Assembly: GCA_965248925.1 (NCBI GenBank)
Contig: CBDFLE010000006.1
Coordinates: 1 to 64,000, forward strand
Direction of reading: 5' to 3'
Origin: Candidatus Multivoradales bacterium
Lineage (GTDB): Bacteria; Acidobacteriota; Thermoanaerobaculia; Multivoradales; J023
Length of the DNA stretch: 64,000 nucleotides
Shown here piece after piece: positions 10,209 through 20,718 of this stretch (position 1 is the first letter of the stretch; each line of letters starts with the position of its first letter). A program made the position numbers and the translations under genes. The notes under the pieces were generated by a model. It ran no database searches. It was not told where the DNA came from and was given only the letters and a program-made list of their open reading frames with translations.

Positions 10209-12647
10209 ATGAACCTGCTGCCCAACCAGCTCCGCTTCAGCTTGCGCATGTTGCGCAAGAATCCGGCCTCCAGCCTGATCGCCATTATTGCCATCGCTCT
10301 AGGTATTACCCTGACCGCTACAGTTTTCGCGATCATGGACGGCATCTTCCTGCGTGGGTTGCCCTTTGCGGAAGCCCACGAGCTGATGCACCTCGAACGC
10401 AACGATCTGGAGAGCGGCATCCAGAGCATGGAAGTCACCATCCACGATCTGACGGATTGGCAGGCCCAGCAGCAGAGCTTCACCGGCTTGGCCGGCTTCT
10501 CCGGCGGCACTGTCAACCTGAGCGACACCCAGCTACCGACGCGCTACAAGGGCAGCTTCATCTCGACCAACTTCCTCGACATTCTGGAGATCCAACCGCA
10601 GCTCGGTCGTGGCTTCGAAGCCGCCGATGGGGAGCCCGGCGCCGCCGCGGTGATCCTGCTCAGTCATCAGGTCTGGCAGAAACGCTACGGCGGTGATCCC
10701 TCGATCATCGGCAAGACGATCCGAGCCAACACCCAACCGACGACGGTGGTTGGGGTAATGGGCCCCGGATTCCACTTCCCGATCAATGAAGAGGTCTGGC
10801 TACCGAGAGTCGATGAGATCCACCAGCTGCAACGCGGCGAAGGGATCACCTTGGAAGTCTTTGGCCGGCTTCGGGATGGCGTCTCGATCGATCAAGCGGC
10901 GCGCGAGATGACGGTGATCGCCGACCGCCTGGCGGCAAGCTATCCGGACACCAACAAGGGAGTCGGTGCGGTTGTCCAGCCATATCTCAACGAGTTTATC
11001 GGTGACGAGGAGCGCAGTCTGCTCTCGGTCATGTTCGGTGCCGTGGTGATGGTCTTGCTGATCGCCTGTTTCAATGTCGCCAATCTGCTGATCGGCCGAG
11101 CCTCGCTCCGCGAGCGGGAGCTGGCAATCCGCTCGGCTCTCGGCGCCAGCCGTCTGCGGGCGGTCCTCCAAGTGCTCGGCGAAGCGGCGCTGATCTCGAT
11201 CCTCGGCACCGCGATCGGCCTACCTCTGACCTTCTTCACTACCCGGCTGATGGATCGGGTGATCGGTAGCACCGACCCACCGTTCTGGTTCGACATCAAG
11301 CTCAGTCCCCACACCCTGCTGGTGGTGCTCGCCGCCACCGCCCTATCTGCCCTGGTGGCCGGTTTGATTCCTGCTTTCCGCGCCTCCAAGCCGCAGCTCA
11401 ATCAGATTCTCCAAGATCAGAGCCGGGGTTCTACCAGCCTGCGCTTGGGCTGGATCACGCGGGTCCTGGTGGTGCTCGAGGTAGCGTTCTCTTGCGGCCT
11501 GCTGGTGGGTTGCGTGCTGATGGTGCGCAGCGTCATCGCCAGCAGCCACTACGATCTCAAGATGGAGTCGGACAACGTGCTCACCGCCCGTGCCGGCCTA
11601 TTCGAAGGCGACCATCCGGAAGAGACGGATTGGCTGAATTTCTTCGAAACTCTGCCGCAGCACCTGGCGGCCCAGCCGGAAGTTGCCGCGGCGGCGATCG
11701 GCACCGTGATCCCAACCGATACCGAGATCGGCAGCGGCGGCACCAATTTCCTGCGCCCCGGCGAAGTCTATGACTCGCCGCGTGAAATGCCCTTCGCGCG
11801 CTGGACGGTGGTTAGCCCAGGCTACTTCATCGCCCTCGGCGTGAATCTGCTCGCCGGCCGCGACTTCAGCCTGGCCGATCGCGACGGCACCCCGCGGGTG
11901 GCGATGGTCAACTCCGATTTCGCCAGCCGTGAGTGGCCCGGCGAGAGCGCCATCGGCCAGCGCGTTCAGATCAACATCGGGGAAGACGAAGACCCGGCCA
12001 ATGCCTGGGTCGAGGTGGTCGGAGTGGTCGACACCCTGCGCATGGCCGATTTCGACAACGCCGACGATCAACACGGCATCTACGTGCCGCTGGCGCAAAA
12101 CCCGGTGCGTTTCGCCTGGGTGATTGTCAACACCCGCCTCGACCCGCTCGAATTTGTCGCTCCGCTGCGCCGCACCGTGCTGGAGATCGACCCCAACCTG
12201 CCGCTCTACTTCGTGCGCTCGATGAATCAAGTGATCGACCGGGCGCTGTTCTTCCCCAACTTGATCGGTGGCCTATTTGGCAGCTTCGCCATCGTCGCCA
12301 TCTTGCTCGCCTGCTTGGGTCTCTATGGCGTAATGTCGTTCGCGGTAACCCAGCGAACACAGGAAATGGGCGTCCGCATGGCTCTCGGTGCTCGCAGCGC
12401 CGACGTGCTGAATTTGGTGCTGCGCCAAGGGGTCAAGCAGATCTCGATCGGCCTGGTGCTCGGCCTCGGGCTGGGCGCCCTTCTGGCAGCGGCACTGGCG
12501 TCCTTCCTCTTCCAAGTTCAACCCACCGACCCACTGACTTTCGTGTTGGTGCCGCTGCTGATGCTCGCTGTCGGCCTGATCGCTTGCTTCGTGCCCGCGC
12601 AACGCGCCGCCAGCGTCGACCCGCTGGTGGCCCTGCGCTATGAATAG
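10209..12647 (+). CDS. ABC transporter permease (MacB/FtsX duplicated, ADOP type)
   Basis: LLIACFNVANLL, RERELAIRSALGA, GLYGVMSFAVTQRTQEMGVRMALGA, DPLVALRYE. Confidence 0.95.
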   Translation: MNLLPNQLRFSLRMLRKNPASSLIAIIAIALGITLTATVFAIMDGIFLRGLPFAEAHELMHLERNDLESGIQSMEVTIHDLTDWQAQQQSFTGLAGFSGGTVNLSDTQLPTRYKGSFISTNFLDILEIQPQLGRGFEAADGEPGAAAVILLSHQVWQKRYGGDPSIIGKTIRANTQPTTVVGVMGPGFHFPINEEVWLPRVDEIHQLQRGEGITLEVFGRLRDGVSIDQAAREMTVIADRLAASYPDTNKGVGAVVQPYLNEFIGDEERSLLSVMFGAVVMVLLIACFNVANLLIGRASLRERELAIRSALGASRLRAVLQVLGEAALISILGTAIGLPLTFFTTRLMDRVIGSTDPPFWFDIKLSPHTLLVVLAATALSALVAGLIPAFRASKPQLNQILQDQSRGSTSLRLGWITRVLVVLEVAFSCGLLVGCVLMVRSVIASSHYDLKMESDNVLTARAGLFEGDHPEETDWLNFFETLPQHLAAQPEVAAAAIGTVIPTDTEIGSGGTNFLRPGEVYDSPREMPFARWTVVSPGYFIALGVNLLAGRDFSLADRDGTPRVAMVNSDFASREWPGESAIGQRVQINIGEDEDPANAWVEVVGVVDTLRMADFDNADDQHGIYVPLAQNPVRFAWVIVNTRLDPLEFVAPLRRTVLEIDPNLPLYFVRSMNQVIDRALFFPNLIGGLFGSFAIVAILLACLGLYGVMSFAVTQRTQEMGVRMALGARSADVLNLVLRQGVKQISIGLVLGLGLGALLAAALASFLFQVQPTDPLTFVLVPLLMLAVGLIACFVPAQRAASVDPLVALRYE

Positions 12648-12673
12648 GTTACGTTCCGGGCCATACTGGCCGC

Positions 12674-14311
12674 ATGAAGCAGCCAACCGCCAGGACTGGC
12701 AAGGCGAGCCGACTAGCGCTGCTCGGAATCATCTCGCTAGCCCTGGGGGCGGCTGGGTACTTGCTGCCGCCAGGCTTCGGCCAGTGGCGGCTGGAGAGCG
12801 ACGTCGAGTTCTCTCCGCTCGGCCACCCTAGTTCAGCCACCGCGGCAGCGGTCTCCCGCACCGGCGAACTGCTCGCTTCGGGCGACGACGACGGCAGCCT
12901 CAAACTGTGGAGTTCCGCCAGCGGCCAGCTCATCGGCCAGCTGCAATTCGACCTGGCGATCTATCAAACGCTTTTCTTGCCCGGCAGCCGGAGATTGGCC
13001 ATCGGCCTCGGCGACGGCCGAGTGATGCTCTGGGACGGGGTGGCCGAAGTCGCGGCCGATCTCCCCCCAGGGAACTTAGAAGCGGTACCGGCGGCACATT
13101 TGGCAGCCAGCGACGACGGTCACTGGCTGGCGGCCGGCGACCCGAGCGGACGGCTGCGGCTGTGGGACCTGACCCGAGCGGGCACGCCAGCGGCAAGCCA
13201 CGCTCTAGACTCACCGATCACCGCTTTAGCCTTCTCTGGCGACAGCTCGGTACTCGCCGTAGCCACCCTCGACCACCGAATTCACCGGCTAACGCCGTCA
13301 CCAGCTACGCCGCCACGGCTGAGCCCGCGACGACCGCCGCTCAACCTGCCAGCCCTTGGGCAAGTCGTCGCCCTGGCATACGGTCGCGAGAATTTACGCG
13401 GGTTCGCCCTGGCGGCGGATCAGCTCGCCACCTGGGATCTGCGCGACGAAGTACGCTACCTAACGCCGCCGGCCGACAGCGAAGCATTCGTCGCCTTATT
13501 TCCTGAGAGCCACGGGGTGGCGCTGCTCGACAGCGCAGGAACGGTGTTTCGCGGGGTCGATGGGCAAAGCGGATGGGCCAGCACTTCCACTCCCATACAC
13601 GGCTTGCTGGCCAGCGCCTGGAGTGCCGACGGCCAGCGCTTGCTAGCCACTGGCGTCGATGGCGCGCTGCGTACCTGGAACGCCGACGGCTCCACCAAGG
13701 TCAGACTCTACGGCGCGCCGCCGCTGACTCTGGCCACCACCTCCGACGGCCGCTTGATAGCCACCAGTCATAGCTCCGGCATGATCGGTCCGGGGCGGAT
13801 CGAGCTGTGGCGTGGCAATGGCGAGCACTTAGGCGGCGTCATTCTGCCGGCACCGCCGCCCACCTGCTTGGAATTCTCCACCAACGACCAATGGCTCGAA
13901 GCCTGGCACTATCGCCAGCATCTCGGAACCTGGCGAGTCACTCCGGAAAAGGTGCTAGTCGGCAGCGATCAACCGTCCACGGCGCGCCGTTGCCGGCGGT
14001 CCCACGACCGCCGCTTCTTCACTAGCGTGATCCGCCAGGTGATCGGCCCGGAGCTGGTCTTGGAAGATGCCCACAGCGGCTGGCTGACCACCCTCTCGGA
14101 TCAGTACCTACTAGTCGCCGACGTGGCACGGCGAACGTTGAGCGACCGCCTACTCGGACGCTTCGTGTGGGTTGGCCTGAGCCAGGACCGAAGCCTAGTG
14201 GTCGCCAGCGCCCAGCCGCAATGGCCAGTGCCGCTCCTGCTGCTGGCGGCGGTTGGTTGGATCCCCGTCTGGCGTCTGCTCACAGTGCTGTGGCACGCAA
14301 TCTGGCGGTAA
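12674..14311 (+). CDS. WD40 repeat membrane-anchored protein
   Basis: LASGDDDGSLKLW, LAAGDPSGRLRLWD, LATGVDGALRTWN; N- and C-terminal hydrophobic segments. Confidence 0.8.
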   Translation: MKQPTARTGKASRLALLGIISLALGAAGYLLPPGFGQWRLESDVEFSPLGHPSSATAAAVSRTGELLASGDDDGSLKLWSSASGQLIGQLQFDLAIYQTLFLPGSRRLAIGLGDGRVMLWDGVAEVAADLPPGNLEAVPAAHLAASDDGHWLAAGDPSGRLRLWDLTRAGTPAASHALDSPITALAFSGDSSVLAVATLDHRIHRLTPSPATPPRLSPRRPPLNLPALGQVVALAYGRENLRGFALAADQLATWDLRDEVRYLTPPADSEAFVALFPESHGVALLDSAGTVFRGVDGQSGWASTSTPIHGLLASAWSADGQRLLATGVDGALRTWNADGSTKVRLYGAPPLTLATTSDGRLIATSHSSGMIGPGRIELWRGNGEHLGGVILPAPPPTCLEFSTNDQWLEAWHYRQHLGTWRVTPEKVLVGSDQPSTARRCRRSHDRRFFTSVIRQVIGPELVLEDAHSGWLTTLSDQYLLVADVARRTLSDRLLGRFVWVGLSQDRSLVVASAQPQWPVPLLLLAAVGWIPVWRLLTVLWHAIWR

Positions 14312-14353
14312 GCCCAGCGAATGCCTGGCCTCGGTAGCGAGTAGACTTCCACC

Positions 14354-15115
14354 ATGGAGCTAGCACTCGAAACCCACTCTTTGGAGAAGCGCTTTGGCGA
14401 CTTCAGCGCAGTTGCCGGCATCGACTTGGTGGTACCGCGGGGATGTTTCTTCGGCTTTCTCGGGCCCAACGGTGCAGGCAAATCGACCACCATCAAATGC
14501 CTCACCGGCCTGTTCCAGCCGACCGCCGGCACGATGCGGATTCTCAGCCGCGATCCACACACGGAACCGGTAGAAGTCAAACGGCGGGTCGGCGTCGTGC
14601 CCGAGGATCTGGCCCTCTTTGATCGCCTTAGCGGTAACGAGAACTTGGAATTTGTCGGCCGGGTGCACGGCTTGGCCAAGGCGGCGTTGGCGTCGCGGAT
14701 CGGCGAGCTGACCGAGCTGATGGGACTAACCGACGCCGCCGACAGCTTGGTCAGCGACTACTCCCACGGCATGCGCAAAAAGATCGCCCTGGCCTGCGCC
14801 CTGCTGCCAGCGCCACAGCTGCTCTTTCTCGACGAGCCTTTCGAGGGCATCGACGCGGTGGCCTCGAACCAGATCCGCCAATTGCTCGAGACCTATGTCA
14901 ATCGCGGCGGCACGGTCTTCGTCACCTCGCACATTCTGCAGATTGTCGAACGCCTGTGTGACCATCTGGCGGTGATCCACCATGGCCAGCTGGTCGCCCA
15001 AGGCACCCTCAGCGAACTCGCCTCAAGCGCCGGCAAAAGCCTGGAAGAGCTGTTTCTCGAACTGGTCGGCGGACCCGACACCGACGCCCCAGAGCTAGGT
15101 TGGTTGACCGGATAA
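14354..15115 (+). CDS. ABC transporter ATP-binding protein
   Basis: GPNGAGKST, YSHGM, LFLDEP, TSH. Confidence 0.95.
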   Translation: MELALETHSLEKRFGDFSAVAGIDLVVPRGCFFGFLGPNGAGKSTTIKCLTGLFQPTAGTMRILSRDPHTEPVEVKRRVGVVPEDLALFDRLSGNENLEFVGRVHGLAKAALASRIGELTELMGLTDAADSLVSDYSHGMRKKIALACALLPAPQLLFLDEPFEGIDAVASNQIRQLLETYVNRGGTVFVTSHILQIVERLCDHLAVIHHGQLVAQGTLSELASSAGKSLEELFLELVGGPDTDAPELGWLTG

Positions 15116-16785
15116 TGCATACTCTACGGGCGCTGCTATGGCTGCGCTGGCGCTTGCTCACCAGCCGACTGCGGCACCGACCGCGCGACCTACTGCAACA
15201 GCTGACCAACATCGTCGGGCCACTGGTCAAGCTGCTGCTGCTCTTGGGCCTGCTGCAAGGCTTCGTCCTGTTACTCGGCGGCGGCGCGCTAGGCGGCTGG
15301 TTCCTGGCCCGCAACCCGGAGGAGACGGAATTCGCCATCAAGATCTGCCGCGGCCTGTTGGCAGCGACCTTGGTAGCCGTGCTGGTGCGTCCCTTCCTCC
15401 CCGGCGGGATGAGCATGGACACCGCCGAGCGACTGCTGCTGCTGCCCATCCATCGCCATCATCTGCGCTGGCTCCACTACCTGACCGAGCTGCTCGATCC
15501 TCTGCTGCTGGCCCTTGCCGCGCCCTGGATCGGGCTGCCGATCGGCCTGGCGATCGCCGGCCAGCCGCTGGCCGCTCTGCGGGCATTGCTCGGCAGTGGC
15601 TTGCTGCTGGCCGTGCTGGCGGCAATCAGCTGGGGCGCGGCCAGTCTGCTGCGCCTGCTGCTACTCGACCGCCGCCGCAGCGACTGGCTGATGGTGGTGG
15701 GCCTCCTACTCATAGTCAGCCTCTCGGTGTCGTTCGCCTTGTTCGACCGAGACTTCATCGAGCAAACAGCGCCGATGCCAGCCGCTGAGACCAAGACAGC
15801 CGTGCTACAGATCCTCAAATGGCTCGATCCGCCCGGCGAGCTGTGGCTGCTAGGTGTTCTTGGCCCGGCGCACCACGCAGCTCTGCCGCTGCTCGGCCTG
15901 GCCTTTCTTGGGCTGCTGAGCTGGAAAGTAGCTGGGCGAGCCTACGACCGAGCTTTGTTGGCAGTGAGCACCGGACAGCGGACGCGGCGCACCGGCGGAC
16001 GCTGGAGCTTCGTCGATCAACCCGGACTGACCGCCGCCGCGGCAGCGGTAGCCGACGCCCAGCTGCGCAACTTGTGGCGCTCGGTGCTGGGCAAAGTCAA
16101 CCTGCTCGGCGGACCACTGTTCATCTTGGTCGCCGGGGTGGCGATCCCAGCAGCCGAGAGCGGCTGGCGAGCTCAGATCGGCCTTGACCTACAGATCGGC
16201 TTCGTCGGCCTGGCTTGGGGATTGATCTCCCAGTCCACCTTTTCCTTCAACTCCCTAGCCTCCGATGGCCCGGGCCTCACCCAACAGGCATTGCTACCGA
16301 TCACCGCTCGCGACCTGCTGCGAGGCAAGGCCCGCACCTTCGACCTACTGAGCCTAGCGGTCACCCTGCTGGGATTGATGGTGGGTTGGGTGCTAGCGAC
16401 TCCGACCCTCGCCCGTGCGCCACTCAACCTGCTCACCCTGCTGCTGGCTTGGTTCGCGGTCAGCCGATTGGTGACTCCGGCGGCGGCCTACATTTCCTTG
16501 TTACTACCAAAGAAAGTCGACCTGTCGAGCTTCGGCAAGAAAGGCCAACCGCACCAGCTGGCCAGCTTCCTGGGGCTGCTTTTGGTCGCATTCTTGATGT
16601 TGATTCCAACCCTCCCGCTGCTGCTCGCCAACTGGCTATGGCACTCACCGTGGAGCGGCCTGGCCCTGCTCGCCGCAGTTGCCGCGCTGACCTGGCTGCT
16701 GGCCAAGCCCTTGTGGCGAGGAGCCGAGAGACTGTGGCTGAGCCGGCTTGAGAATCTGCTGAGCGTAACTCAGCGGGATAGTTGA
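15115..16785 (+). CDS. ABC-2-type permease (multi-TM)
   Basis: Many hydrophobic helices; coupled to the ABC ATPase. Confidence 0.75.
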   Translation: MHTLRALLWLRWRLLTSRLRHRPRDLLQQLTNIVGPLVKLLLLLGLLQGFVLLLGGGALGGWFLARNPEETEFAIKICRGLLAATLVAVLVRPFLPGGMSMDTAERLLLLPIHRHHLRWLHYLTELLDPLLLALAAPWIGLPIGLAIAGQPLAALRALLGSGLLLAVLAAISWGAASLLRLLLLDRRRSDWLMVVGLLLIVSLSVSFALFDRDFIEQTAPMPAAETKTAVLQILKWLDPPGELWLLGVLGPAHHAALPLLGLAFLGLLSWKVAGRAYDRALLAVSTGQRTRRTGGRWSFVDQPGLTAAAAAVADAQLRNLWRSVLGKVNLLGGPLFILVAGVAIPAAESGWRAQIGLDLQIGFVGLAWGLISQSTFSFNSLASDGPGLTQQALLPITARDLLRGKARTFDLLSLAVTLLGLMVGWVLATPTLARAPLNLLTLLLAWFAVSRLVTPAAAYISLLLPKKVDLSSFGKKGQPHQLASFLGLLLVAFLMLIPTLPLLLANWLWHSPWSGLALLAAVAALTWLLAKPLWRGAERLWLSRLENLLSVTQRDS

Positions 16786-16893
16786 GAACCGCCCAGGCTC
16801 TGCTAGCCGGTCCCCTGGGCGAACGCCATCTTTTCTTGCTGACCGACAGTAGACGGTGGAATGCACCGGAGTGGCTGATACCCTCTGGCGGTG

Positions 16894-18045
16894 ATGGCCC
16901 AATCCAACACCGCGGTCCCACCCCGCGAGCGTTTGCTGTCGGTCGATGTGTTTCGCGGCCTGACTCTGGTGCTGATGATCCTGGTCAACAACCCAGGCAG
17001 CTGGAGCACCGTCTACCCTCCCCTACTGCACGCCAAGTGGCACGGCTGGACCCCCACCGACCTGGTGTTTCCTTTCTTCCTCTTCATCGTCGGCGTGGCC
17101 ATCGCGCTAGCCTTGAGTTGGCGATTGGAACAGTGTCCCAAGGATCCGCGGCTAGTGCGCAAGATCCTGCGCCGTGGCGCCATCTTGTTTGCCCTCGGCC
17201 TTTTTCTGTCGGGCTACCCCTTCGGTCTCTTCGGCCCTCGGTCCTTCGAACGCCTGCTCGAGACCTGGCGCATCCCCGGCGTGCTGCAACGCATCGCCCT
17301 GTGTTATACCGCCGCCGCACTGCTCTTTGTGACCTTCAAGCGACGCACTCTGGTGCTGGCCACTGGCGCCCTGCTGGGAGGCTACTGTCTACTGCTCACA
17401 AGCGTGCCGGTGCCGGGCCTGGGAGTTCCCGATCTGGCATCGAAGGGTGATCACTTACCGGGCTGGCTCGACCGCATGGTGCTCGGCAACCACCTCTGGT
17501 CAAGCGCCAAAGTCTACGATCCCGAGGGTATCCTCAGCACCTTGCCAGCGATCGCCACCACCCTCCTCGGGGTCTTCGTCGGCGGCCTGCTGGTGGCCAA
17601 GATCGACCCCTGGGAGAAGCTTGCCAAGCTGCTGCTCTACGGCACCACTCTAGCCGCCGCGGGCTACGTCTGGGGTTGGTTCCTGCCGATCAACAAGGCA
17701 CTGTGGACCAGCTCCTACGCTCTCTTAACGGCCGGCCTGGCGAGCTGCGCCTTGGGCCTGTGCTACTGGCTTTACGACCTGCGCGGCCACCGTGCACTGG
17801 CCCGGCCGCTGCGCACTTTCGGCCTCAATGCGATCACCGTCTTTGTCGGCAGTGGCGTTCTGGCAAAAACGCTGATTTACCTGAAGCCGGGCGGCAAGTC
17901 CCTCCACTCCTGGATCTACCACACGGGTTTCGACTCCTGGCTGCCCCCCTACGTTGCTTCACTGGCCTACGCGGTGGCCTGGGTCGCTGGTTGGTTCGTG
18001 GTGTTGTCGTGGATGGAACGGCGAGGGTGGGTGCTGAAGGTGTGA
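16894..18045 (+). CDS. Heparan-alpha-glucosaminide N-acetyltransferase-like (NagX-type) membrane acyltransferase
   Basis: RLLSVDVFRG, LLHAKWHG.TPTDLVFPFFLF, PGVLQRI, DPEGILST, PINKALWTSSY. Confidence 0.9.
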   Translation: MAQSNTAVPPRERLLSVDVFRGLTLVLMILVNNPGSWSTVYPPLLHAKWHGWTPTDLVFPFFLFIVGVAIALALSWRLEQCPKDPRLVRKILRRGAILFALGLFLSGYPFGLFGPRSFERLLETWRIPGVLQRIALCYTAAALLFVTFKRRTLVLATGALLGGYCLLLTSVPVPGLGVPDLASKGDHLPGWLDRMVLGNHLWSSAKVYDPEGILSTLPAIATTLLGVFVGGLLVAKIDPWEKLAKLLLYGTTLAAAGYVWGWFLPINKALWTSSYALLTAGLASCALGLCYWLYDLRGHRALARPLRTFGLNAITVFVGSGVLAKTLIYLKPGGKSLHSWIYHTGFDSWLPPYVASLAYAVAWVAGWFVVLSWMERRGWVLKV

Positions 18046-18163
18046 GAAAAACCAATCGGCGGCCCGGTCGCTATCTTCTTCGCTCGCTGTTCGGGTTTCC
18101 CTTAGTTTCGAGTGTTCCGCGTCATCTCTACGCATGCGTTATGATGACGCAAGGAGGAACGCT

Positions 18164-18412
18164 ATGCCCAGTTTGCAGATCCGCCATCTTCCCGACGACA
18201 TCTACATGGCCCTCTCCCACCGTGCCAAGCACCAAGGACGAAGCCTAGCCCAGCAGGTGATCGCCGAGCTACGGCAGATGAACGAGTTGGTCCGGCGCAG
18301 CCAACGCCTGGAGGTGATCGAGCAACTTCGCGAGGAGATCCGAACTAACCCTGCTCCTCGGCCTCTCGCCCCACCTCCCGAGGAGCTGCTGCGTCAGGGC
18401 CGCGATCGATGA
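18164..18412 (+). CDS. FitA/VapB-like ribbon-helix-helix antitoxin
   Basis: MPSLQIRHLPDDIY..L..RA...GRSL; AGGAGG RBS; ATGA overlap with the PIN gene. Confidence 0.88.
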   Translation: MPSLQIRHLPDDIYMALSHRAKHQGRSLAQQVIAELRQMNELVRRSQRLEVIEQLREEIRTNPAPRPLAPPPEELLRQGRDR

Positions 18413-18658
18413 GGCCGCAGGCGGTGCTCGACGCTTCGGCCGCGCTGCACGCAGTGCTAACCCAAGAACATGCCAGCGAAGTCCTGGACTTCCTGCACGG
18501 AACCGCCTTGGTGCTAGTGCCCGCTCTATTTACCAGCGAAGTGACTAACGGGCTGTGGAAATACGTTCGCAGCGGCCAGATCACCCGCCACCGTGCTATC
18601 CAACTACTCGATCAGGCACTGAAGCTAGCCGATTCGGTGGTCGACGACCGCGACCTCG
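18239..18658 (+). repeat. 420-bp direct repeat, left copy
   Basis: Matches 40373-40792 with 4 substitutions found by eye. Confidence 0.95.
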
Positions 18659-18738
18659 ATCGTAAAGTGACGCATAGTGGTTCCCCTATGCCGGATGTCC
18701 GTGATGCATTCATCGACGAGATACGGCCGCCAGCATGA
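18409..18738 (+). pseudogene. vapC: VapC PIN toxin, 3'-truncated by the island
   Basis: Near-identical to 40543-40962 up to 18658, then unrelated; lacks the YDALY motif. Confidence 0.9.
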
Positions 18739-18985
18739 AGCCGCCAGCGTCGCGAGGACCATCGACCTGAGCAGCTGCGATAATGCTATTGAAATCGCGG
18801 TCCAAAGTGAGGCTGGCGACTATCCTAGTCTGGTCTAGACCGACCCACAAAAGACTGACTATGAAACGGAACCTGATAGTGCACACATCATAAGCGGATT
18901 GCGAGGCGCCGGACCGAATAGAAACTCTGATTCTCGGACTAGACCACGGCGGCCCAAATCTTCTCCCATGGAAAGGACCTATTGA

Positions 18986-20134
18986 ATGAATGAAGCAAGT
19001 GAGCGATTGAGACTCTTCGGCTCTCTAAAGGATCTGCCCAGAAACGACCGCCAGCGAATCGGCCAAGATCTAGAGAAAGTTCGCTACGCAGCAGGAGATG
19101 AAATCTTCGCCGATCAATCGGCCGGAGAAGACATGTTCTTCATCCTCGAAGGCCAAGTGCTCCTGAGCAAGCGAGGACAAGTCTTGTTGACACGCGGCCC
19201 GGGAGAGTTCATCGGCGAAATGGCACTAATCGACGACACTCCACGGAGCACCGCAGCGGTAGCCGAATCAGATGCCTTGCTCCTTCGATGGAAGCGTAGC
19301 TCCTTCCGCGAGTGCCTCGAAGAAAATGGGCGGATCGCGTACTCAATTCTCCGAGCCTTGAGCACTAAAATGCGCCAAGAGATCGAGAAAACGACTCTCT
19401 TCAAACAGGACTTGGAGCGCGCCGTCCAAATACAGAGGGCCTTACTGCCGAAAACCAGCCTACAGGGCTCCACGGCAAAAGTCGCTATATCCTGTCAGCA
19501 AGCCGATGGTGTCGGCGGCGACTACTACGACTACGTCGACTTCGACTGCGGCGAGACTGCGTTGCTCATCGCCGATGCCCAAGGGCACGGCTTTGCCGCG
19601 GCTCTTCTGGTCGCTATGCTGAAAACCCGCTTCTCGAGCACGATCATCCATCAACGCGCTCCCGCAGAGGTCGTACGGGCCCTCAACCAGACCATTTCGG
19701 ACGACATTCAGACCGAAGTCCGCACTGCAACCTGCTTCCTCTTGCTTTTGGACGGCCCTCGAAGACTCTTCCGGTATTGCGGAGCCGGCCACCCCACTCA
19801 GTATCACCTACGGCCGAGCTCAGGATGCCTGACACGGCTGATCTCACAGAATCTCCTACTCGGATTCACCGGCCAGCAAGACAGATTCTCTGAGAGCACG
19901 GCAATCGAGTGGAAAGCGGGCGATCTCTTGCTACTCTGTACCGACGGTGTCGTCGAGATGAAGAATGAAGCGAAGCAAGAGTTCGGCCATCACCGCCTGA
20001 CTGAATTCATCGTCAACCACGGGCACCTCGATATCGAAGAAATCACCAAGCACCTACAAGAACAGCTCGATCTGTTTCGAGGAAACCGCGCCATCGCAGA
20101 CGACGTGACGTATCTCGTCGTGCGACTCCTCTAG
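18986..20134 (+). CDS. cNMP-binding domain plus SpoIIE/PP2C (RsbU-like) phosphatase
   Basis: FIGEMALIDDTPRST; VGGDYYD, IADAQGHG, TDGVVE, DDVT. Confidence 0.92.
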   Translation: MNEASERLRLFGSLKDLPRNDRQRIGQDLEKVRYAAGDEIFADQSAGEDMFFILEGQVLLSKRGQVLLTRGPGEFIGEMALIDDTPRSTAAVAESDALLLRWKRSSFRECLEENGRIAYSILRALSTKMRQEIEKTTLFKQDLERAVQIQRALLPKTSLQGSTAKVAISCQQADGVGGDYYDYVDFDCGETALLIADAQGHGFAAALLVAMLKTRFSSTIIHQRAPAEVVRALNQTISDDIQTEVRTATCFLLLLDGPRRLFRYCGAGHPTQYHLRPSSGCLTRLISQNLLLGFTGQQDRFSESTAIEWKAGDLLLLCTDGVVEMKNEAKQEFGHHRLTEFIVNHGHLDIEEITKHLQEQLDLFRGNRAIADDVTYLVVRLL

Positions 20135-20718
20135 CAGCAGATCACAAATGTGTTCAAAAGGCATCGGCATAGCAGCCGAATCAGAGAATTTCTTTGCCCC
20201 TACTAGCTCAGAACTCCTGATGTTGCGCCGGAAGACCGAAAGCGGTAACATGTATTAGTAGTTTAGGCGTTAGTCTCAGCTAGGTGAGGATTGCGGCTCT
20301 TTCCGCCTCAAGTGATAGTAGAGTCTGAGCAATGCTCGTCGGTTTCGGGCAAAGAGCAGCTGGCTGCCTCCTAGATCGTATCTAATAAGTGCTTTGCTTT
20401 GTTGAGGATGTGGACTCTCATGTTGACCGCTGGCCTCCGTCTGCCACGAGCGGAGCGGATCGGAAGACAGCTTCCGAGACTGATCCCAATACCCAACCGC
20501 CTAGCGACAGCGTGCCGAACAGGATATCGGGCCTACCCATTCACTCCAAGTCCTCGTAAACAGCAAGACTTCCCAGATCGGCACCGCGGCCTATCCCCGG
20601 CCGCACCCGGCACCCTGGCGGACTTCGGCACCAAAGCTCTACCAACCCTGCACGAAACAGACTGCGGTGGCCTCGACCGTGAACGCCCAACTTCGAGTGA
20701 CCATTTCGGTGAAAGACT

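Noticed and set aside
20135-20718. Short ORFs or ncRNA in the island intergenic region
   Set aside because: No RBS-supported ORF, motif or convincing structure
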